Source: Octopus vulgaris
Taxonomy: Eukaryota
DNA length: 64,000 nucleotides
Direction: 5' to 3'
Assembly: GCA_951406725.2 (NCBI GenBank)
Contig: OX597840.1
Coordinates: 24,180,001-24,244,000 of the forward strand
Shown here: positions 1 to 9,542 of the stretch, in pieces
Layout: each line of letters starts with the position of its first letter
How positions within the stretch are numbered: position 1 is the stretch's first letter
Position numbers and translations under genes: made by a program
Notes under the pieces: generated by a model
The model's input: the letters and a program-made list of their open reading frames with translations, nothing else
Database searches by the model: none
Told to the model about the DNA's origin: nothing

Positions 1-1080
1 GTGTTTACTCAAGTGGTAACTTTGAGAAAAAGATTTACCGCAAATATTACAGGGATAGGGTTTCTCACCTGTATGAATGCGCTTATGAGTAATTAAATGA
101 TGATTTCGAGAGAATGATTTACCACAGATATCACAGTGATAAGGTTTCTCTCCTGTGTGAAGGTATTTGTGAGTAGTTAAGTGTTGATTTTGAGAGAATG
201 ATTTACCACAGATATCACAATGATATGGTTTCTCTCCTGTATGAATACGTTTGTGTTTAATTAACTGACTACTTTCAGAGAATGATTTACCACAGATATC
301 ACACTGATATGGTTTCTCTCCTGTGTGAATGTATTTGTGAGTGGTTAGGTCGCTATTTCTAGAGAATGATTTACCACAGATATCACACTGATAAGGTTTC
401 TCTCCTGTGTGAATGTATTTGTGAGTAGTTAAGTAATGATTTCGAGAGAATGATTTACCACAGATATCACAATGATGTGGTTTCTCTCCTGTGTGAATGT
501 ATTTGTGAGTGGTTAAGTGGTGATTTTGAGAGAATGATTTACCACAGATATCACAATGATATGGTTTCTCTCCTGTATGAATACGTTTGTGTTCAATTAA
601 CTGACTACTTTTAGAGAATGATTTACCACAGATATCACAATGATATGGTTTCTCTCGTGTATGAATACGTTTGTGAGTGGTTAGGTCGCTATTTCTAGAG
701 TATGATTTACCACAGATATCGCAATGATGTGACTTAACCACAATGTTGATGCATTTGTGAATAGCTAAGCTATAATTCTGAGAGAATGATTTACCACAGG
801 TGTTACAGCGATACGGCTCGACACCTGCCTGAATGTGTTTATGTGTGGTCAAACGAACCTTTTCAGAGAATGATTTACCACAGATGTCACAGCGATAGAG
901 ATCCTCTCCTGCAGGGAAACATTTGTGAATCGTCTGTTCATCTTTGAGAAAGAAGGACTTGTTGCAGACATCACAGTGAAATGATGTTTTCTCTTCTTCT
1001 TCTGTTTCATCTTCAGTAAAATCAATCCTTAACGACTGTGTATTACAATTAACCTCATTATCACGTAATTCATTTTCCAT
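1..1080 (-). CDS. Poly-C2H2 zinc-finger protein G1, 5' part (about 11.5 fingers in window; ORF continues off the left edge)
   Basis: ATG at 1080 in the same context as the paralogs ([31 protein letters not shown]). The Gly codon of CGK recurs at exact 84-bp spacing (37, 121, 205 ... 877). Absent from the ORF track, presumably because no stop lies inside the window. Confidence 0.9.
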   Translation of the reverse strand, partial: MENELRDNEVNCNTQSLRIDFTEDETEEEEKTSFHCDVCNKSFFLKDEQTIHKCFPAGEDLYRCDICGKSFSEKVRLTTHKHIQAGVEPYRCNTCGKSFSQNYSLAIHKCINIVVKSHHCDICGKSYSRNSDLTTHKRIHTREKPYHCDICGKSFSKSSQLIEHKRIHTGEKPYHCDICGKSFSQNHHLTTHKYIHTGEKPHHCDICGKSFSRNHYLTTHKYIHTGEKPYQCDICGKSFSRNSDLTTHKYIHTGEKPYQCDICGKSFSESSQLIKHKRIHTGEKPYHCDICGKSFSQNQHLTTHKYLHTGEKPYHCDICGKSFSRNHHLITHKRIHTGEKPYPCNICGKSFSQSYHLSKH

Positions 1081-1158
1081 TATTTTTCTCCTCTCACCAC
1101 AAAGTCCAAATGTCTTTCTTTTTTTTTATATTCTATTCCCCAGTTATTTCTGTTGCTT

Positions 1159-1355
1159 GAAATGCTTAGCGGTATTTCGTCTGTCTTTTTGTTCTGAGTT
1201 CAAATTCCACCGAGGTCGACTTTGCCTTTCATCCTTTCAGGGTCAATAAATAAAGTACCAGTTTCACACTGGGGTAGATATAATCGACTTAATCGCTTCG
1301 TCTGTCCTTATTTGTACCCTCTATGTTTAGCCCCCTAGTGGGCAATAAAGAAATA
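1159..1355 (+). mobile_element. 5'-truncated tRNA-derived SINE (family 3) in the G1 leader, antisense to the gene; present at the same place in all seven leaders
   Basis: B-box-like GAGTTCAAATTCC, body GAGGTCGACTTTGCCTTTCATCCTTTC..., tail AATAAAGAAATA. Copies at about 12283, 20774, 29320, 37427, 47972, 59267. Confidence 0.8.
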
Positions 1356-1658
1356 TATATTTCCATCAACTTTAATCATTGTCAATATCTGAGGGGGCTG
1401 CCAATTCCTTTGCAATCCAGGTTTAATTGGAATACATGATTGGTTTTCTTGCACCTATTCCAGGCAGTAAAGTACAGAAATGCTGCTAATAATCACACTC
1501 CCAAAGAAAATCTTTTACAATACTATAATCGATTTATATAAACAGGGTAATAGTTCTTCTGTGTAGCATCTTAGTTTCATCTCAAAGAATATATCATATA
1601 TATTCATGATGTGTTCGATGTAAAATCTTCTTTTATGCTAAATATCCTCTCTGATACT

Positions 1659-1680
1659 CTGAAATAAAAAAGAAATAATA
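1659..1680 (-). promoter_or_regulatory. Candidate 3' splice acceptor for the coding exon (tttcttttttatttcAG|agtatc), conserved in all 7 units
   Basis: Polypyrimidine tract plus TTTCAG on the minus strand. AG at 1659-60, 12761-2, 21273-4, 30008-9, 37899-900, 48661-2, 59739-40. Confidence 0.6.
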
Positions 1681-2000
1681 TGAGATATAGAATATACTTG
1701 AAAAGTAAAGATTAAATAATGAAAATTTTATTACGTTTTTATACTGATAAACTGGAGATACAAACCTTTAGCTGGCCAAATAAACGTTAACACGTCAGTC
1801 TGACAAACAAAAAAGGAGATTATAAGGTAGTTATGGGATGTGCTAAAAATAATAGTTAAATAGCTCTTAAATCACGCAGCAATTTAAAAAATTTTGTTTT
1901 GGTTTTTGCACAATCCTATGAATTACAGATTCGCAAGAGTTTTCTAAAAATTCCCCAAAAGTTTTGAACCAACAAAGAATTTATAATTTACATCTGCTGT

Positions 2001-2381
2001 TTGTTTGTTGAGCGAAGCGGTCTCCGTCCCAGAGCTCGCAAGAGGGAAGAAGCCGGAAACGTGGTCCTTTGCTATTCGTAAGACCCGCAGAAGAGAAAGC
2101 AGGTCAGCCTCCCCGACACCGAGAGCATTGACGGATGAATGAATGCGCATCCAGGCTCGGCGGTTGCGTAGGAAGTCGGGGGACAAGAAACAGGAAGAAA
2201 GAGCGAGAGAAAGTTGGGGCGAAACAGTACAACAGGGGTCGCCACAACCCTGTGCTAGAGCATCGTGGAGCTTTAGGTGTTTTCGCTCAATAAACACTCA
2301 CAACGCCCGGTCTGGGAATCGAAACTGCGATCCTCCGAATGCGAGTCCGCTGCCCTAACCACTGGGCCATTTCACCTCCAC
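2001..2381 (-). mobile_element. Full-length tRNA-derived SINE (family 1 head, tail a) with target-site duplication
   Basis: Head GGAGGCGCAATGGCCCAGTGGTTAGGGCAGCGG (A box) ... GGTTTCGATTCCC (B box), (CAAA)n tail, TSD TTACATCTG(CTGT). Copies at 13065-13438, 30351-30716, 38241-38620, 49004-49368, 60081-60461. Confidence 0.85.
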
Positions 2382-2385
2382 TTAC

Positions 2386-2463
2386 ATCTGTTTTATATGA
2401 AATACCAGAAGTTATTGTGTTAAAAAGAGCAAGGACTAATGTTTACATTGAAACGGTTGATGA
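2386..2463 (+). repeat. Left arm of a 78-bp inverted repeat; partner at 7601-7678
   Basis: ATCTG..TATATGAAATACCAGAAGTTATTGTGTTAAAAAGAGCAAGGACTAATGTTTAC..GAAACGGTTGATGA is nearly the reverse complement of 7601-7678. Confidence 0.9.
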
Positions 2464-2479
2464 TGATGATGATATATAT

Positions 2480-2681
2480 ATTTATTGCCCACAAGGGGAT
2501 ATACAAAAAGGGGACAAACATAGGGATTAAGTCGATTACATCGAACCCAGCGCATAACTGGTACTTAATTTATCGACCCTGAAAGATGAAAGGCAAAGTC
2601 GACCTCAGTGGAATTTGAACTCATAACGTAAAGACACATGCATTTCGCCCGTCGTGCTAATGTTGCTGCCAGCTCGCCACC
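2480..2681 (-). mobile_element. tRNA-derived SINE (family 3), near full length, inverted relative to the copy at 1159-1355
   Basis: Minus strand reads GGTGGCGAGCTGGCAG...GAGTTCAAATTCCACTGAGGTCGACTTTGCCTTTCATC...GTGGGCAATAAA. Copies at about 13543, 30828, 38717, 49480, 60557. Confidence 0.8.
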
Positions 2682-3334
2682 ATTATATATATACTAGCAG
2701 TATCGCCCGGCGTTGCTCGGGTTTGTAAGGGAAATAACTATATAAGCATTTTTAGAGAGTTACAGCCAAAAAATAGCAAAAAATGCATTAAAAATGGAAA
2801 AAATATGATGGTAAATTTTTTTAAAATCGTTGACTCATCGTAGACATTTTTAGAGAGTTACTTCCCTTATATAATAGCGAAAAAATGCATTAAAATGGAA
2901 AAAAAAACGATGGTAAATTTTTTTTTAAATCGTAGACTCATGTAGACGCTTTCTTAGCCATTTCTGTTTTGGTGTCTTCAAGCCATGAAGTCGTTGTTCT
3001 AAAAGAACAATGGTCTCCTTGACAACGCATTACGACGTTGATTTCCTTACACTCCCTTCCCCACAGGTGCAGGTGTGAGCGTGGACGCCAACTCCGCCGC
3101 CATCGACACACGAAAAATTATGCATTAAAATGGAATAAAAAATGATGTTAAATTATTTTTTAAATCGTAGACGCGCGCTAATATTCAGACGGGCTCGATA
3201 TGAATCACGACTATAAGCTACCCGAATTTGGTTAAACTGTACCGCAAAATGTGGGAGTAGTTAGGAATCTAAATCGAAGGGGACAGACACTCACACAACT
3301 ACAGTTTTATATATATAGATATACACAGCGCAGT

Positions 3335-3700
3335 AGTGGTGAGATATGACAGCAAAGAAAAGCATACATTCACTCTCTGCATGCAATTAGACTCGGAAAG
3401 TTCGTGAGGAACCCATTGACCCAATTTGCTGACTTTTCCGATAGCACACAGGTGTCAATGAATGGTTGAATGACCAAATCCAAGCTTCTCTGCTAGTTCC
3501 TCAACAGTTACGATGATATTTTGTTCCACCAGGGTTTTCAGGATGTCCTTGTCGAGTTCTACAGATCTTTCAGGATGAGGCTCGTCTTCTAGGATGTAGT
3601 TTATGGCTCGGGATTTCTGGAACCACCATTGACACTGCCTTACGCTTATTGTCCAATCCCCATATACTGCATTAATATTTCTTGTACTTTGCACACATTT
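3335..3700 (-). pseudogene. Mariner (Mos1-like) transposase N-terminal fragment
   Basis: Translates WFQKSRA..LEDEPHPERSVELD..TVEELAEKLGFGHSTIH*..AIGKVSKLGQWVPHELSESN. WVPHEL is the mariner linker motif; an in-frame stop is present. Confidence 0.9.
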
Positions 3701-3756
3701 ATATTCTGTTATTCTTTTATATGTTTCAGCCTTGAGGTTGTGGCCATGCTGGATCA

Positions 3757-3983
3757 TGTGTGTGTGTGTGTGTGTGTCTATCTGTCTGTATGTATATATG
3801 TATATGTATGTGTGTGAACAATAATATTTTCAACAGATGTGTTGCAAATGTATCTGATTGTTCTCAAGCTTCAATACTGTGTGTGTGTGTGTATGTATGT
3901 ATGTATATATGTGTGTGTGTATGTATGTGTGTATGTATGTATGTATGTATGTGTGTGTGTGTGTATGTATGTATGAGGGTATG
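3757..3983. repeat. (TG)n/(TATG)n compound microsatellite
   Basis: Directly visible. Confidence 0.9.
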
Positions 3984-4397
3984 TTTACTTTATTACTAAT
4001 TACTCTCTTCCAAGAACATTTTCACTCACTCTTAGCTCCCCATACATTTTACTAATGTATCTATCAGCGTCATAGACAGAATACTTTCACTTTAGTCTTC
4101 CTCAAATCACTCTGTCGCTATTTACTTTCATTTTATTCGTTGCCCACTGTGTGTGTGCGTTTGCGTGTGGTGTAAACCAGACTAAGAAAAGCATTTGACA
4201 CACACACCAGAATGTGAGTTTTCTGTAAATTTTGCTTAATTGGAGTTTAAATTTTAAAAACTGGACCTGGCATGACGCGATGCATTGTACTCTTAAAACT
4301 GCTAGGTAAATTGTAATTGAAGAAATCCTATATTGTAGATTTGTATAACTCCCAAAGGGAGGCAGATAAAATCTGCCTTTTATAATAAGAGATATAT

Positions 4398-4475
4398 TAT
4401 AGAAGGAGCTTCTACAGAACTAGAACTGTTTCATACAGATGAAACAATTCTAGTCCTGTAGAAGCTCCTTCTATA
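4398..4475. repeat. About 80-bp near-perfect palindrome (hairpin or mini-MITE); copies at about 13795-13878 and 22358-22443
   Basis: TATAGAAGGAGCTTCTACAG-A-ACTAGAA-C-TGTTTCAT [loop] ATGAAACA-A-TTCTAGT-C-CTGTAGAAGCTCCTTCTATA. Confidence 0.9.
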
Positions 4476-5612
4476 AAATAAATTACTTTACTCTGCTATG
4501 TATTGAGTACCTTATTTACTGTGGTTAACCCCGACTCAACCCGGGACCTATATATATATATATATCGGTAAAACGGTAAGATAACAAATGAAAGAAAGAG
4601 ACCTCAATATTATGTAAATAGAGGAAATTTATCTATAAAATGTTACATTTACTCAATAGTCAAGATAAAACTCTGAGTTTCAGATGCTGAAGTGGAAATC
4701 CACAACACCATCTCTTCGGTTATCTGGCCATCTGAAAAAATACCGTTATATCAAGGGAAATTACTGTATTATAATTCTGCGCGCGAAAACCCACGTGCGT
4801 ACTTATACGTCACTACGGAAACGTACACATCTTCACTCGCATTTTTCGCCAAATATATACGCATATATATACAGCCTCATACCCACACACACATGCGTAC
4901 CGTAAAAGTTCATACATACGTCTATATACGCACAAACACAAGAAAAACCATGGTTAAAGGTAACAGAAAAAAAAAACATAAGGAAGTATACAAAGCATAA
5001 AAACCACGTTCATATACGGACAGGCCCCTATGCACTCATACACACACACACGCCCATACATGTACATACCCGCACGGAAACATCTTTTTCTCTTGGCTTT
5101 CTTGAGAAAATTCTGTAGTTTGTAAGCTACAATTATTCACCTCAATAGACGTCATTGATTGGTTGAAATTAAACAACAAATAGCTTACAAGCCACAGAAT
5201 TTTCTCAAGAAATCCAAGAGAAAAAGATGTTTTATAAATATATTCTACCAGTATACGAAGTCTAAAGAATAAGTCCTGGGGTCGATTTGATCGACTAAAG
5301 GCGGTGCTCCAGCATGGCCACAGTCACATGACTGAAACAAGTAAAAGAGTAAAGAGAGATAGCTAGATAAACAGGTAGATAAATAGGTCGGTAGGTAGGC
5401 AGATAGATAAGATAGATGATAGATAGATAGAGAGAGAGACAGACAGACAGATAGATGGATAGACAGAGAGAAGCATTTCTTCCATCGAAAAGGACGATTC
5501 TTTTCTTCAGCAAAATTACTTTGAGTGTTCACGTTGGTGGTGGTGGCCATGTTTATAGCAGTAAGGGTTGTCTTTACTTCTCTGTATCTTCTATGGCCAG
5601 ACTGGCAGTGTT

Positions 5613-5889
5613 TGTAGTGAGTGCGCGATTTGAATATAGAGGCACCTACCTCATCTTCGTAGTGACGGAGACCCTCCAGAGATGACTAGTCCTTCCTCAC
5701 AGCCCCGACCCGAGCACTAACGATAGCAGCTGCTAGCCCAAACCCTTAGCGACGTCCTCACACGTCTTGTCACCTCCACGACCCACGTTGGAAAGGGCAA
5801 TTTCCGCTCCCTGCGCACGCCTGACAGCTAACCCCTTCCGCTTGCCCAAACTTCCGGTCAACGCACCCAGCTGATGACGTCATCCCACA
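5613..5889 (-). mobile_element. Candidate solo LTR (about 277 bp), unique to this unit
   Basis: TG...CA ends (TGTAG...CCACA), imperfect 5-bp TSD (GTGTT/GTTTT), empty site at about 16262-16275 (GGCAGGTTTTCTG). GC-rich, with TGACGTCA and CCGGAAGT. Confidence 0.6.
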
Positions 5890-5957
5890 GTTTTCTGTGT
5901 GCGTTCAAGCGGAACAACTTCCTTTTCAGACAGATAGATAGACAAACAGATAGATAG

Positions 5958-6173
5958 GGTACTACTTGGGAACAGTGGTCCCGGTGCGCGCACTCACGCT
6001 AGCTAGTCGTGACTGGTCGATACTACGACTAGCTAGCAAAGTAAATACTACACAAAATAATTTTTGTTAAAATAAATAAAACACAAAGTAAGGATCGACT
6101 AGTCATGACTAGCTAGCGCGGATGCACGAGTACGCGAGTGCGCGCACCGGGACCACTCTTCTCAAGTAGTACC
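5958..6173. mobile_element. MITE with about 40-bp TIRs (GGTACTACTTG(A/G)GAACAGTGGTCCCGGTGCGCGCACTC), possibly Merlin-like
   Basis: TIRs are visible, flanked by GATAGATAG on both sides within a GATA-rich tract. Second copy at 16336-16574; right half only at about 54040-54137. Confidence 0.8.
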
Positions 6174-6317
6174 GATAGATAGACAGACACAGATAGATAG
6201 GCACAGATATGCTATAGAAATAAACTTTGACGTACGCACCTTGAAGTTTTCCAGTGTTAAAACTTTCTTTGGAAGTCGCACGTCATCTTCAGCAGGTGCT
6301 TCGTGTGTGTGTGTGTA

Positions 6318-6432
6318 GGCAGAGTACGGCCGAATGGTCAAGAAGATTCCTTAACAACCACGAGGTCCCTCGTTCTGTCCTACTGCGAGACACTTTGGAC
6401 AAATAACACTTTCTGCAGTATCCAGTTGACCT
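6318..6432 (+). mobile_element. Old, diverged tRNA-derived SINE head related to family 2
   Basis: GGCAGAGTACGGCCGAATGGTCAAGAAG...CAACCACGAGGTCCCTCGTTCTGTCCTACTGCG aligns by eye to the family-2 head at 35203. Copies at about 16723 and 54284. Confidence 0.55.
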
Positions 6433-6949
6433 GAATGAAATCGGACAGAGGGGAAAGTGCTGAACCCAGGAATTCCAAAGAGGTCAGCTTCGGGTCGCAG
6501 AGGTTCTTGTATGATTCCAGCGGAATCCTCGAAGACTCACGGGAATTCCGGAGCAGGGGATTCAGTTGGTCTTACACCTGAATCCTCATCGGCGAACGAC
6601 GGGGATCCACGATGTATAAAAATGTCTATATAGGTAGAGATGGAAATGGTGAGGATATTAAGAAATGGTTAATAGCAAAATGTGGGAAATAAAAAAATTG
6701 GAATGGGCAGTGAAAAGGAAAACGAAACAGTGAAAGAAATTATATAACTTTGTTTAAGTAATTTTATTTTAGTCCTTCCTTTTTTCTGAGTTGTGCGTTA
6801 GATATGAAATTAGATATGAAATCATTCGTATCTAATTCCGGTCTCCTAATAATTATCAGTTATGAAGTGGAATTGATCAAGGAATAAAGATTTGTATGAA
6901 ACTATAGCAGGAAATAAACGGAATTTGCAAGACTGAACGGTTAATGGAC

Positions 6950-7600
6950 GAGGGGAAGTAACTCTTCCTTCAACAAAAGTCCTCAATATTTTTATATAGT
7001 TTCGGGTTTAAATGACATTTAATTAATTCAACAAATTGTTAGAAAGGATCACAAAAGTACAGCCCCCAAATTTACTCCAGGGCTTGATGACCGCCTCAAA
7101 AACCAAGTTTCCACAAAAACTTTTTGCTGGGAGCTGCACAAAGCCAGATTTCAAGGGAGGGCTGCAATCAGAAAACCACTACTTTCAAAAACAAACGTTG
7201 CAAAGCGTTTAGAGTGGAGTAAAAACCTACAGACTTGGTCCCTAGAGCAGTGGAAGAATGTTACTTTTCTAGGACGAGTCATCCATTTACCTTATTTCCG
7301 ACCACCGGCCGAGTATACGTGTGAAGAGAGCCAAAAGAAGCATTTGACCCAGACTGCCTTCTTCCAACTGTTAAACATGGAGGAGGATCTGTAATGATCT
7401 GGGGAGCTATATCTTGGATATCTGCCAGCCCCATGGTTTCCCTTCATGTCAGAATTAATAGTCAAGACTATTTAAGCATTTTATCTGATCAAATTCATCC
7501 TATGGTTGTGGAACTGTTTCCGGAGGGAAACACAAGCTTTCAGGATGATAATGCACCAATTCACACAGCTAAAGTTGTCACTGAATGGCACGAGGAACAT
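6950..7600 (+). pseudogene. Tc1-like transposase relic (HTH-to-DD part; third catalytic residue lost)
   Basis: AAIRKPLLSKTNVAKRLEWS..F*DES..RVYV*REPKEAFDPDCLLPTVKHGGGSVMIWGAISW..FQDDNAPIHTAKVVTEW. Stops are shared by all complete copies. Confidence 0.92.
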
Positions 7601-7678
7601 TCATCAACCGTTTCAAAGTAAACATTAGTCCTTGCTCTTTTTAACACAATAACTTCTGGTATTTCATATACAGCAGAT
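7601..7678 (-). repeat. Right arm of the 78-bp inverted repeat; abuts and truncates the Tc1 relic
   Basis: Near reverse complement of 2386-2463. Recurs at about 18002, 24953, 33215 (partial), 42852, 55548. Confidence 0.9.
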
Positions 7679-7693
7679 CTTTCCTTCTCCTCT

Positions 7694-7728
7694 GTTTCTG
7701 ACAAAGAGCTCTGCTCGAAACGTTAGAC
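7694..7728 (+). ncRNA. Minimal type-I hammerhead-ribozyme-like motif (Penelope-type); this copy has a G8A core change
   Basis: GTTT CTGACAA A GAGC TCT GCTC GAAA CG TT AGAC. Better copies at 33297 and 55641. Confidence 0.5.
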
Positions 7729-7827
7729 GCACCTTTTTCCTGAGCGTCCAATGATACTATATTTGTTCCACGTCTTCGCGTTGTTGTGCTTTTTTGTTTG
7801 GATTAATTATATATATATATTACCGAT

Positions 7828-8046
7828 TGTGGCCGCTGGCAGATTCCCCTGGCCCCTGTGCCGGTGGTATGTAAAAAACACCCACTACACTTGCGGAGTG
7901 GTTAGCGTTAGGAAGGGCATCCAGCTGTAGAAACACTGACAGATCAGACTGGGCCTGGTGCAGCCTCCTGGCTTCCCAGACCCCGGTCGAACCGTCCAAC
8001 CCGTGCTAGCACGGAAAACGAACGTTAAACGATGATCATGATGATG
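7828..8046 (+). mobile_element. 3' tail of an RTE-like LINE or derived SINE with (GAT)n end
   Basis: GGAGTGGTTGGCGTTAGGAAGGGCATCCAGCTGTAGAAAC...CGGACGTTAAACGATGATGAT-type sequence. Copies at about 18270, 25218, 33445, 43955, 55789. Clade assignment is from memory. Confidence 0.65.
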
Positions 8047-8124
8047 ATATATATACAAATTAAAATCCAGGAAACACAGAAGTAGCATTAATATAGTTTA
8101 TTTACTGCAAAAATTCAACATGTA

Positions 8125-8205
8125 CACTTACAGCTGTTTCGATTTTGCTCAAAAGAAATTCCAATAATTAAAACATTTAATTGGGCAAAATCTCATCAGA
8201 GGAAT
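8125..8205 (-). ncRNA. Hammerhead-ribozyme-like motif with canonical core but weak stem I
   Basis: Minus strand: CTGATGA GATTTTGC...GCAAAATC GAAA CAGCTG TA. Copies at about 18567, 25515, 33733, 44246, 56075. Confidence 0.5.
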
Positions 8206-8333
8206 GAAAAAGACATATCGTTAGGTTATCACGTTATTCTTCCAAAACATCTCAACAGACTAAAACTTTTATTTAATTACTAATATTGGTATAAATCTTG
8301 GCCAGTGGGTAACAGGTTGTATAAGGGTAATAA

Positions 8334-8998
8334 TCTTTATATATATAAAACTGAGAATGTGTGCCTGTCTGTCTGTGTGTTTCCCTAAAACGTGAGAACT
8401 ACACAACCAATTTCATTCAAATTTTACACATGCCTTACTTAGGGTCCATGTAGTTTCATGGGCAAAAAAAAATGTTCAACTTCTTGCCTAGAGCGAGCCC
8501 ATAGCAATATCATATTTTCTCCGCTATTTCAGTATTACGTGTTAAAAGTGAAACAAAAATATTTCTGTATTTTATGTCAGATGCTTTCACTTTAACAATA
8601 AAAATAATAATAACAATTCAATTATATGTAGTAAGTAATAATTAAAATCAAACTAAAGTATAATATAATTGTAGAACTTGAATAAGTGGTTTCACATGAA
8701 TGGGAATAAACTAAAAATATAATTAGCGTGCAGAAATGGAATAGTCCAGATGGATAATACAAAATTAAATTAAAAACAAGACTTTTGTCCATAAAGTATA
8801 CAACGTAGAGAAAAAAGAAGAGCTAACAATTCCAGTCTGTTATATATTTTGAGTATTGTTATCACTAGCGATATCAAGATATAACTTTGTATTTTGCATT
8901 TTATGTGTAGATGTATATAGATAGATGTACATGTAATATGTACACATATATACATGCACTAGCACTATGACCCGGCAACGACGGGTCTTTAATGCTAG
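8334..8998 (+). mobile_element. Non-autonomous Helitron
   Basis: A|TCTTTATATATATAAAACTG 5' end; 3' hairpin GACCCG-GCAACGA-CGGGTC then CTAG|T; (CTGT)n near the 5' end. 5'-deleted copies end at about 18883, 25820, 44552. Confidence 0.85.
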
Positions 8999-9193
8999 TT
9001 GGTAAATAAATGGTAGATAGTGAGTTATATTTCTCACTATAATTATTTTATAATGTATCGATTTAATTATTTTGTAATTTATCTATATCAGTTCAATCAA
9101 TTTCTTTAACAAAGTTATAAATGTGATCACGTTGTTCTCTCATTCATATGATACTATTTTTACTATAACTCACTAATCTAACATTTATTCAAT

Positions 9194-9425
9194 GCAGTTT
9201 CGATTCCCAGACCGGGCGTTGTGTGTGTTTATTGAGCGAAAACACCTAAAGCCCCACGAGGCTCCGGCAGGGGGTGGTGGCGGTCCCTGCTGTACTCTTT
9301 CTTCCTGCTTCTTGAGTAATGCTGCGATGGACTGGCATCCTGTCCAGCTGGTGGTGTAACACATATGCCACAGAAACCGGGCCCATGAGCCTGGCTAGGT
9401 TTGTAAAGGGCGCATAAATAAATAA
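9194..9425 (+). mobile_element. 5'-truncated family-1 SINE with tail b ((TAAA)n end)
   Basis: GTTTCGATTCCCAGACCGGGCGTTGTG... then GCTGCGATGGACTGGCATCCTGTCCAG...CATAAATAAATAAA. Copies at about 34852 and 57194. Confidence 0.75.
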
Positions 9426-9542
9426 AAATAATAAATATACTGGCATTTAATAAAACTGTGTAAGAGAATAATTTACCACAACTCAATTGCAAGAAGCACT
9501 TCCATCAAGTTAAGCTATTTATTCGAGAGAATGATTTAATAG

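Larger units (their letters stand above)
2694..4392 (-). mobile_element. Composite non-autonomous Helitron inserted in a (TA)n tract; unique to this unit
   Basis: 5' TC terminus (TCTCTTATTATAAAAGGCAG) at 4392 and 3' hairpin CCCGAGCAACGCCGGG plus CTAG ending at 2694, between A and T. Empty site at about 13755-13800. A second internal 5' terminus (TCTATATATATAAAACTG) lies at 3319. Confidence 0.8.

Noticed and set aside
1944-2530. Recurrent ORFs such as MFIERKHLKLHD.. and MRIQARRLRRKSGDKK..
   Set aside because: They lie within SINEs, and frames and stops vary between copies.
4684-5000. Recurrent ORF MPKWKSTTPSLRLSGHLKK.. (7 copies, up to 165 aa)
   Set aside because: Frameshifts differ between copies, the 3' part is low complexity, and it lies in a repeat-derived intronic segment. 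Recurrence reflects segmental duplication only.
7394-7621. Functional transposase ORF
   Set aside because: Upstream stops and truncation before the third catalytic residue in every copy.
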